Positions 40,135 through 47,250 of a stretch of 47,250 bases of DNA are shown here, in pieces; the first letter of the stretch is position 1, and every line of letters begins with the position of its first letter. Origin of the DNA: Cyanobacteria bacterium auto_48_18 (lineage in GTDB: Bacteria; Cyanobacteriota; Vampirovibrionia; Obscuribacterales; Obscuribacteraceae); contig JAVHQC010000027.1 of the NCBI GenBank assembly GCA_036170915.1, positions 1 to 47,250 on the forward strand, in the 5' to 3' direction. The translations under genes and the position numbers were made by a program. The notes under the pieces were generated by a model. It did not search any database. It saw only the letters and a list, made by a program, of their open reading frames with translations, and had not been told where the DNA came from.

Positions 40135-40365
40135 ATGATTACTAGAAAAACAATTAACCGCAGCAAGCGCGGTCAGAGCATGGTTGAGTACGCCCTGGGC
40201 ATCGGCTGCGTAGCAGCTCTTTGTGTAGTGGCTCTGGGCTCATTAGGCCATATCACTGGCGATATGATCTGGAACGTTGAACAAGCCACCAACTACGGCG
40301 GTACAAAATCAAGCGAACCTGGTCGCACAATCAAGGCCACAGCTACGCCCTGGGTAGTGCAATAG
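40135..40365 (+). CDS. flp: Flp-type prepilin
   Basis: Basic leader KRG|QSMVEY (E+5, Y+6), hydrophobic helix, first gene of the operon, GGAG RBS. Confidence 0.85.
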   Translation: MITRKTINRSKRGQSMVEYALGIGCVAALCVVALGSLGHITGDMIWNVEQATNYGGTKSSEPGRTIKATATPWVVQ

Positions 40366-40378
40366 AGTTGCAGGAAGG

Positions 40379-40412
40379 CGAAGAGTGTTTGCTTAACTGC
40401 AAGCACTCTTCG
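40379..40412 (+). promoter_or_regulatory. Strong intercistronic hairpin after flp
   Basis: CGAAGAGTGTTTGC-TTAACT-GCAAGCACTCTTCG, 14-bp stem with one G-U and no U-tract. Confidence 0.7.
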
Positions 40413-40443
40413 AATTCATTTAACAGGCTGGTGACCATTGTCT

Positions 40444-41037
40444 ATGGCTTCTTCTTCGAAACAAAAGCAGCAAAAAAGCGGGTCGCGTAAGCGGCATGGG
40501 CAATCGATGGTCGAATTTGCTTTTGCCATTCCATTTTTGCTTTTGATTATTGTCACAATAATGTATTTTGGAAGAGTGTTTTATATCAAGCAAACAGTAG
40601 CCATGGCCTGTCAAGAAGGCGCTCGAATAGCCAGCCGCACTCCTGATTTGAGCGACGTACAGGTTCGGGCGAGCGTAACTGGATTTACCGCATCTGGTGA
40701 TTCAGTAAATTCCACTTCAGTAGTAGCCCAACAACTTGGGTCAGCCAGGCTCTTATCGCAAGGATCAACTGGCAGTTTGCCGCCCGGGGCGAAGGTCAAA
40801 GTACTACCGTTCGATTCTGATGGTACGGCAGATGACGAAATTGCTCCAGGAACCGTTGCCGTAAGAATTGAATATCCTTTTGTTTTCACCGGTAATGCCT
40901 TCACAGGTGGTGCTAGTAATTTCGGCAATTCTTTCGGTGTTTATACCGGTGTAGGCGGCTCGCCAATCTCGTTTCTTGATTTTCCAATATCAGAAAGAGC
41001 TGTGGCTCTGACTGAGGTTTATCAAAAGATTCAATAG
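40444..41037 (+). CDS. tadE: TadE-like pseudopilin
   Basis: RHG|QSMVEFAFAIPFLLLII...ACQEGARIAS (alternative TTG start 40438). Confidence 0.9.
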   Translation: MASSSKQKQQKSGSRKRHGQSMVEFAFAIPFLLLIIVTIMYFGRVFYIKQTVAMACQEGARIASRTPDLSDVQVRASVTGFTASGDSVNSTSVVAQQLGSARLLSQGSTGSLPPGAKVKVLPFDSDGTADDEIAPGTVAVRIEYPFVFTGNAFTGGASNFGNSFGVYTGVGGSPISFLDFPISERAVALTEVYQKIQ

Positions 41038-41067
41038 CACTGTTTAAGGCAACAATTTGAGGTTTTC

Positions 41068-42099
41068 ATGCGGTCGTCCAACGTTATCAATTCAGAATCG
41101 TCAGTGCAATCTCTGCTAGGCAGAGATCGCACGTCAGTGCCACCTAAAAAGGTTAGCGCCATGGTGCCGGTGCTAGTAGGGCTAGTGCTGGTGTTGGTCG
41201 GCCTGGCATTGTTTCGTATGATGGCGCCCCAGCAGACGGCTGCTAAGACCGTGCAGATTGTGGGTGCCGGACAAGACATTTTTCCGGGGTCACGTATAAC
41301 TTTTCATGATTTACACTACATCACCATCCCTGAGAGCTATTACTCTGAAGGGATGAGTTCAAAAACCAATTTGCTAGTTGGTCGCATCGCTCGCAATTTT
41401 ATTGGCAAAGGTGAGCCGGTCCAGGAGAGCTATTTGTTCAGTGGTCGAGACAATCTGGCTCAGAAAGTTGAAAACCATGAACGGGCCGTTACTCTCAAGT
41501 TAGACGACTATGCTCTTGTTGACCACACCATCAGTAGTGGCGACCAGGTAGATGTTCTCGTCACCACAACTCTAGACGGTAAGAAATTTACCAAAACCGT
41601 CTGCCAAAGTGTCAAAGTGCTTTTCAGCATGCCGCGTGAAGCTTTGCACAGCAGCTCGCTTCGAGGTCAAGAAGCTAACCATATCACTCTTGTGGTCAGC
41701 CCTGGTCAAGCCGAATTGCTTGCTCAAGCTGAAGAAACTGGCAAAATCAAACTTTCATTGCGCAATCGACTGGCAACAGGCCAGCCTTTTCTCAGCGGAG
41801 TTTCAGAATCTGATCTCCTGCCTGATCGAGCCAAAGAGTTGAGCGCGGCTAGATTTAGCGCCAACGCCAAAGTGCCAGCCACGACTGCTACTTCTACTAC
41901 TATACCGGCACCACCGCAGATGGTGCCAACTTTTGCTGGTTTTGCCGGCTTACCCATGCCGCCCATTTTTGCAAATAATACTAACAGTGCTGCCGGTATT
42001 GACGTGATGGCTCCAGTGACTCGTACGGCTAGATGGGTTGTAGAGATATTTTCAGGCAACAAGCGAGAACTTTATGAAGTGCCAGAAGTCAGCAAATAA
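41068..42099 (+). CDS. cpaB: Flp pilus assembly protein CpaB/RcpC
   Basis: TM helix, SAF domain, RAVTL, GDQVDVLV, ITLVVSP, GKIKLSLRN. Confidence 0.9.
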   Translation: MRSSNVINSESSVQSLLGRDRTSVPPKKVSAMVPVLVGLVLVLVGLALFRMMAPQQTAAKTVQIVGAGQDIFPGSRITFHDLHYITIPESYYSEGMSSKTNLLVGRIARNFIGKGEPVQESYLFSGRDNLAQKVENHERAVTLKLDDYALVDHTISSGDQVDVLVTTTLDGKKFTKTVCQSVKVLFSMPREALHSSSLRGQEANHITLVVSPGQAELLAQAEETGKIKLSLRNRLATGQPFLSGVSESDLLPDRAKELSAARFSANAKVPATTATSTTIPAPPQMVPTFAGFAGLPMPPIFANNTNSAAGIDVMAPVTRTARWVVEIFSGNKRELYEVPEVSK

Positions 42100-43459
42100 A
42101 GTTAGATCAAGGCGCTCAGCTGGTGCCGTCTTGCCTTTTGTCGCTTTTATTATCGTCTTGGGTATCGCATTTGTTGCCTTTTGTGTTGATGTCATGCGCA
42201 CGGCATATGCTTCTTCTGCGGTGCGCTATGCAGCCGAAGCCGCCGCACTCGGTGCCTTTTCATCCACACTTAGCACTCCTGCTCAAAGCTATAGTCGCGA
42301 TCAGGCTGAAAGTAATATTCGCCAGGCTATTTTTCAAGCATCAGGCTCAAGCGGGCCTGCCTGGAATACCGCTCCATATGGTCCAAACTCCGCACTGAGC
42401 GGTAGGGCCGCCGCAGAGAGCGCCGTGCACTTCGAAGATGCGGATATCACCTTTTTAGACAATCCTAATACTGCCGATAGTGGCGATTACTTTTTGCAAT
42501 TGCGTGGCCGTCGCGACAACGCAGACTCACTTAAGCTCTTCTTTCTGCCTTTAATTTATGCCTTTAATGGCGCTGGAATTGGTTCGGTTGCTACTGTTCC
42601 GACAGAGATGACATTTGCTAGCCCGCAGCGCCTGGTAGAAATTATTGCTCAACCGGCTTCGCGCATCGGCGCCGGTGTTCCGCGCACCGCTGGTTCGGCT
42701 ATGCGCGATCAAGACTTGATTGGTTTTGCTACCTTGCCCATCGCCTTGAGCAATAAACAATTTGCCGCTTTGGCAAACTCGGCTAACTCTGCGTTGCCCG
42801 CTTACAATTTACTCTTGAGCCCCACCAGTAGTATTCCTGCTGGCACCATTAGCGGTGCACTGGTAAATTTGACCCCTTCGCCTTCAACCCTGGCTTATTA
42901 CAATCAAGCATCAAGCAGTTTGAACGTCAATCAGTTGGTTGCAAATCTGGCTTACTTTGCGCCGGGGCCCACTAATAACGAGATTCCTTCTGCCATGGTT
43001 GAACGGGGTAGTCTGATTTCAAATTTCAATCTCAATTCCAATCTTTTTACTTCTGCTACCGTGCAGCAGCAGCTTGTCAATCAGCTGCGACAATTGTCGA
43101 TCGGTCGCTCATATATCTTTCCTGTTGTGGCAGAAAATCCGACTTTTGCAACTGGTGAAGTCAGCAAAGTTGTGGGCTTTGCCCGCTTGCGCTTGCTGGG
43201 CTCGCCTACCGTTTTCAGCCAGGGCAACTTTAACCTCAGCGTGGCTCTGGAACCAGATTCTGTGGCAGTGCGCAATGCCAGCTTTGCCAATGCCCGAGCG
43301 GCTATTCCTGCTGCTACCAGCGCTATGATGCCTGCGCCGATTGCACCTTTTACCGCTCGCATTAAAATTGGAGAGGGCATGAGCGTAAGACCACGTTCGA
43401 TAGTTATGGCGCCATCTCTATCTCCACGCACTACATCTTCAAGTTCTATGGTGAATTAA
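42074..43459 (+). CDS. TadG-like large pseudopilin/tip protein
   Basis: RRSAG|AVLPFVAF hydrophobic helix, VDV, AAEAAALGA; C-terminal VVGFA motif; operon context. Confidence 0.75.
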   Translation: MKCQKSANKVRSRRSAGAVLPFVAFIIVLGIAFVAFCVDVMRTAYASSAVRYAAEAAALGAFSSTLSTPAQSYSRDQAESNIRQAIFQASGSSGPAWNTAPYGPNSALSGRAAAESAVHFEDADITFLDNPNTADSGDYFLQLRGRRDNADSLKLFFLPLIYAFNGAGIGSVATVPTEMTFASPQRLVEIIAQPASRIGAGVPRTAGSAMRDQDLIGFATLPIALSNKQFAALANSANSALPAYNLLLSPTSSIPAGTISGALVNLTPSPSTLAYYNQASSSLNVNQLVANLAYFAPGPTNNEIPSAMVERGSLISNFNLNSNLFTSATVQQQLVNQLRQLSIGRSYIFPVVAENPTFATGEVSKVVGFARLRLLGSPTVFSQGNFNLSVALEPDSVAVRNASFANARAAIPAATSAMMPAPIAPFTARIKIGEGMSVRPRSIVMAPSLSPRTTSSSSMVN

Positions 43460-44293
43460 ATGAATGCCGTTACTCTCTTTAAAAAGAACGTTTCGCAAGA
43501 AGCAAAAGCATTGAATTCTGGCAGTGAAAAATTTAGCCGTGTAATTGGCGTACTTGGAGCTAAAGGCGGTGTTGGTGCCACGACTGTCACTATCAATCTT
43601 GCCGCTCACCTGGCCTTGCATTACCCAGGCAACGTCGCAGTATTTGACGCTAATTTACAGCAACCGGACGCCGCATGCCTTTTAAATTGCCTGCCGCGCT
43701 ATTCGCTACTTGATTTGGCACGGCTTTCAGCTCTTGATGGTGCAATCATTGCGGCATGCGCCGAACATGTTTCTCTAGACAACAATGTGAGCAACGGTAA
43801 GCATTTCAGCTTGTACAGTCCTCCGATGGAAGCCAGCCTGGCCTTACAATTTCCGTCAGGTGATCTGCACAGGTTGCTTACCGAAATGAAAAAGCAGAGC
43901 GGCACTGTGGTGGTGGATTTGCCCCGCACAGTCAGCCGTGAACTAATTACAATGCTTGATTTATGCGACAACATCATTTTGGTGCTGGAGCCTACGGTCA
44001 CAGCTCTGGCCGCTGCTAAACGCTGGTTTGAGGTTTTTAGCGACCTTGAGCTTAAATCTGATCAGGTTTTCACTGTTCTCAACCGCACAGGCGGCAAACT
44101 CAAAGAAATTGAAAGGCAATTGTCTGCCGAGCTCGGAGGCTTTCCGTTGTTGCGCCTGCCCAACGCTTATGAGGCCTGCGAAAGTGCTGCTATTGAAGGT
44201 ATTCCAGTTGTGGTCAAAGAGCCTCGCCATGGCTTCAGCAAAGCTATAAATGAACTATCTCGAACATGCCTGTTGGCTGTAGGAGAAGTATAA
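43460..44293 (+). CDS. cpaE: CpaE/TadZ-like MinD/ParA ATPase
   Basis: Deviant Walker A GAKGGVGATT, NLA, VVDLP, VLNR; no obvious receiver domain. Confidence 0.85.
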   Translation: MNAVTLFKKNVSQEAKALNSGSEKFSRVIGVLGAKGGVGATTVTINLAAHLALHYPGNVAVFDANLQQPDAACLLNCLPRYSLLDLARLSALDGAIIAACAEHVSLDNNVSNGKHFSLYSPPMEASLALQFPSGDLHRLLTEMKKQSGTVVVDLPRTVSRELITMLDLCDNIILVLEPTVTALAAAKRWFEVFSDLELKSDQVFTVLNRTGGKLKEIERQLSAELGGFPLLRLPNAYEACESAAIEGIPVVVKEPRHGFSKAINELSRTCLLAVGEV

Positions 44294-44294
44294 A

Positions 44295-45851
44295 GTGTCG
44301 AAATTACGCCAATTGCTATTCAACGACAATACGGCAGCAACGCCGCATAAACCAGTTGCTGTTGCTATTTCTGCGCTTCCAGACAATTTGTCGACAGGTG
44401 ATGAAGAAGAAAGAAAAGCAAAACAAGAAAGAAAAGTTGGTTTATCACTCAGCCGCCGAAATCCAAAAATTTCGGCAGATCAAGCCAAGAGTGATCATGA
44501 GTCAAACCTCTATCATGATTTGAAATCAAAAATTCACGAACGTTTAATTGAAACTATTGACGTTAGTGTTTTAACACAGCTAAATGGCAACGATGCTTTA
44601 GAAGAAGCAATCGAAGCCACTATTCGCCATCTTATTGCAGAAGAACGGCTGCCACTTTCGATTTCTGAGCGTGACAACTTGGCTCAAGAAGTGCTTTACG
44701 AAACACTCGGCCTTGGGCCGTTAGAGCCACTTCTGTCTGATCCTCTGGTCAATGATATTCTCGTTAACGGGTCACAAAGTGTATGGATTGATAGAGACGG
44801 CAAACTGATGGAGACCGCCATTCGTTTTAAAGATGACCACCACTTATTGCATATTATCAATCGCATTGTTGCCAGAATTGGCAGGCGCATCGACGAATCG
44901 TCACCGATTGTTGATGCCAGATTACCTGATGGATCAAGGGTGAATGCCATTATTCCTCCATTGGCATTAGACGGACCGGTGCTTTCGATAAGAAGGTTTA
45001 GACCAGTTCCTTTTGCTTTTGAAGATTTAATTGGCCGCGCTGCACTGACGCAAAACATGGCAGACTTCTTGACCCAGGCGGTCAAAGCCCGACTGAATAT
45101 TCTAATTTCAGGCGGCACTTCCGCCGGTAAAACTACTTTATTAAACGTCTTATCGTCTTACATCGGCAATCACGAACGCATTGTCACCATCGAAGATACT
45201 GCTGAATTGCGATTGCAGCAAAGGCATGTTATACGCCTGGAATCGCGGCCCGCTAATACCGAAGGTAGTGGCGCCGTCGGCCAGCGCGAATTGGTTAAAA
45301 ATGCGTTGCGAATGCGTCCAGATCGCATTGTGGTTGGCGAAGTGCGCGGTCCTGAAGCCCTGGATATGTTGCAAGCAATGAATACTGGCCACGAGGGATC
45401 GTTGACCACGGTGCACTCCAATAGTAGTCGAGACGCTCTAAGTAGAATTGAAACCCTGGTGCTTTTATCTGGCGTAGATTTATCTCAACGTAGCATTCGC
45501 GAACAAATAGGCTCAGCCTTTGACCTGGTTGTGCAGGTGAAGCGGCTTTCTGACGGCACCCGGCGAGTTGTAAGTATTACTGAAATTTTGGGTGTGCAAG
45601 AAGGCGTGGTCAGCATGCAAGATCTCTTTGAGTTTCGCCAGATAGGCACCGGCCATGATGGCAATTCGCTTGGTTTTCATAGCGCTTGTGGTATCAGGCC
45701 GCTTAAATCAGAACGGTTTGTCGAACACGGTTTGCCCCTTCCTTCTGCCTGGTTCGAAGTCGAAGACGAACAGCAGTTTCAACTTGAATATGATCAGGCG
45801 AAAGAGGCTGAGAATGCCCGCGTGCCGGTTCTCAGAGGGGTGCCGCAATGA
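44295..45851 (+). CDS. tadA: Tad secretion ATPase CpaF/TadA
   Basis: GLGPLEPLL, DARLPDGSRVNA, GGTSAGKTT, IEDTAEL, LRMRPDRIVVGEVRG, MNTGH. Confidence 0.97.
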   Translation: MSKLRQLLFNDNTAATPHKPVAVAISALPDNLSTGDEEERKAKQERKVGLSLSRRNPKISADQAKSDHESNLYHDLKSKIHERLIETIDVSVLTQLNGNDALEEAIEATIRHLIAEERLPLSISERDNLAQEVLYETLGLGPLEPLLSDPLVNDILVNGSQSVWIDRDGKLMETAIRFKDDHHLLHIINRIVARIGRRIDESSPIVDARLPDGSRVNAIIPPLALDGPVLSIRRFRPVPFAFEDLIGRAALTQNMADFLTQAVKARLNILISGGTSAGKTTLLNVLSSYIGNHERIVTIEDTAELRLQQRHVIRLESRPANTEGSGAVGQRELVKNALRMRPDRIVVGEVRGPEALDMLQAMNTGHEGSLTTVHSNSSRDALSRIETLVLLSGVDLSQRSIREQIGSAFDLVVQVKRLSDGTRRVVSITEILGVQEGVVSMQDLFEFRQIGTGHDGNSLGFHSACGIRPLKSERFVEHGLPLPSAWFEVEDEQQFQLEYDQAKEAENARVPVLRGVPQ

Positions 45852-46807
45852 CTCCCATAAATCTATTATCTATATTGGTTTTTGTTATTCTGACGGGCAT
45901 TCTGGCTGTAAGAGTAATTAAAATTGCCAAGCGAAAAAAATTTATTGCTCTTCGTGTTAGTCAAGCTCTGGGCCCTGCAGTCGAGCAAACAGCAAAACTC
46001 GAAGCTGGCACCAATGCAGAAGCACGTCCAACTTTCCAATTTAATTTTGCCGGCATTGTGCCGAAACCGCAATGGTTGGTGCGCGTAGTGGAACGATCGG
46101 CGGTAGAAATTTCGCTGGCCGATTTATGGCTGGTGTCGCTAAGCTGCGCCCTTATACCGGCGTTGGGCGCTTACATCGTTGGTCTGCCTGAACTTTTTTC
46201 AATGGCTCTGGCTGTTTTATTTCTGTTTTTGCCCATTACCTGCTTAATTGTGATTGGCAGGAGGAGGCGCGGACGCTTCATCGATCAATTGCCTGATGCT
46301 ATTGATTTGATGGTTTCTGTTTTGCGCAGTGGGCATAGTGTGGCCCAGGCAGTGCGTTCGGTGGGCAAAGAATCGGCTGTTCCGTTAGGGCAGGAATTTT
46401 CTCACGTGCTGCAACGGATCAACCTGGGGCAGCCCTTTAGCGAAGCTCTAAACAATACGGTGACAAAATATAACTCAGAAGAACTTGATCTAATTCGCCG
46501 GGCGATTACCATTCAGGCGGAAGTAGGTGGCAGTTTAGCCGAGCTTTTAGACAAGACTAATTTAACACTACGCCAGCGTTTGAAGTTGAAGCGCCAGGTG
46601 CGCGTTTTGACCAGCCAGAGTCGCTTGACCGGCATTATTGTTGGACTTCTGCCGATAGTACTGGCAACTGCTCTTGAATTTCTAAGCCCCGGCTATCTTG
46701 ACCCTCTATTTTCGAACGAATTGGGTCGCATGTTGTTGGCACTGGCGGTGGTGCTAGAAATTATTGGAGTTGTGCTGATAACTAAAATGGCCGAGGTGAA
46801 AGTTTAA
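45848..46807 (+). CDS. tadB: Tad inner-membrane protein TadB
   Basis: QLPDAIDLMVSVLRSGHS, IQAEVGGSLAELL; T2SS-F domain. Confidence 0.93.
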   Translation: MTPINLLSILVFVILTGILAVRVIKIAKRKKFIALRVSQALGPAVEQTAKLEAGTNAEARPTFQFNFAGIVPKPQWLVRVVERSAVEISLADLWLVSLSCALIPALGAYIVGLPELFSMALAVLFLFLPITCLIVIGRRRRGRFIDQLPDAIDLMVSVLRSGHSVAQAVRSVGKESAVPLGQEFSHVLQRINLGQPFSEALNNTVTKYNSEELDLIRRAITIQAEVGGSLAELLDKTNLTLRQRLKLKRQVRVLTSQSRLTGIIVGLLPIVLATALEFLSPGYLDPLFSNELGRMLLALAVVLEIIGVVLITKMAEVKV

Positions 46808-47250
46808 ATGGCTTCTGCTCAATTTCTCACCAGTTATCCAGAACTGATTGCCGCATTGTTCCTATCTCTAGTTCTTGCTTTCAAGCTTATCTTTCGAAGC
46901 GGCGCCAGTGCCAATAGTGCAGGCTCCGTTTTCAGTTTGCCTTACATTATTGTAGAGCCGGCCAGTTACGTGATGAGAATGTTTCCTGGCAGTTATTTAT
47001 CTTGGCTGCAAGAGCGTTTGACTTACGCCGGTCTGCGCAACAATACATATTATGGAACTGTCTGTGCGGCCAAATTTTATCCATTGCTACTGGGCTCGCT
47101 TTTGTTTCTTGTGGTTCACCCGGGCTTTGCTCTTGTCGGTTCACTAGTGTTGTTTTTTGTCGCTGATATTATCCTGGCAATTTTTGCCAAACGCAGGCAG
47201 CGGGCTTTGGCTGATAATTTGCCTCAAGTAATCGACTTGATGGTTTTGTG
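46808..47250 (+). CDS. tadC: Tad inner-membrane protein TadC, 3'-truncated (not in ORF track)
   Basis: Manual translation MASAQFLTSYPEL...RLTYAGLR...KRRQRALADNLPQVIDLMVL, open to the window end. Confidence 0.88.
   Translation, partial: MASAQFLTSYPELIAALFLSLVLAFKLIFRSGASANSAGSVFSLPYIIVEPASYVMRMFPGSYLSWLQERLTYAGLRNNTYYGTVCAAKFYPLLLGSLLFLVVHPGFALVGSLVLFFVADIILAIFAKRRQRALADNLPQVIDLMVL

Overview
Bacterial chromosomal window, inferred to come from a non-photosynthetic relative of Cyanobacteria (Melainabacteria/Vampirovibrionia-like). The basis is the cyanobacteria-like rpsK-rpoA-rplQ-truA-rplM-rpsI order, retention of rpsN/rpmD/map in the spc cluster, a short 394-aa EF-Tu and several TPR proteins. 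1-23.6 kb is housekeeping: a 5'-truncated rlmB, three tRNAs (Thr-TGT, Tyr-GTA, Thr-GGT), tuf, two TPR genes, then the S10-spc-alpha ribosomal cluster through rpsI, including a 37-aa rpmJ that the ORF track missed. 23.6-39.7 kb is accessory: a TMTC-like GT-C/TPR protein, YyaL, three glycosyltransferases, a SolA-like oxidase, a SAF+RHH-like protein, a heme-oxygenase-like diiron enzyme, trxB, CHAD, an alpha/beta hydrolase and a Fur-family regulator. 40.1-47.25 kb is a Tad/Flp pilus operon that runs off the window. The most notable observation is that the Tad operon has a near-consensus sigma70 promoter overlapped and followed by tandem Fur-box-like sites, directly opposite a divergent Fur-family gene with an unusual C-terminal extension. 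This is a candidate metal-responsive Tad pilus module. No CRISPR array, rRNA or mobile element was seen. All calls are from reading the sequence by eye; no searches were run.
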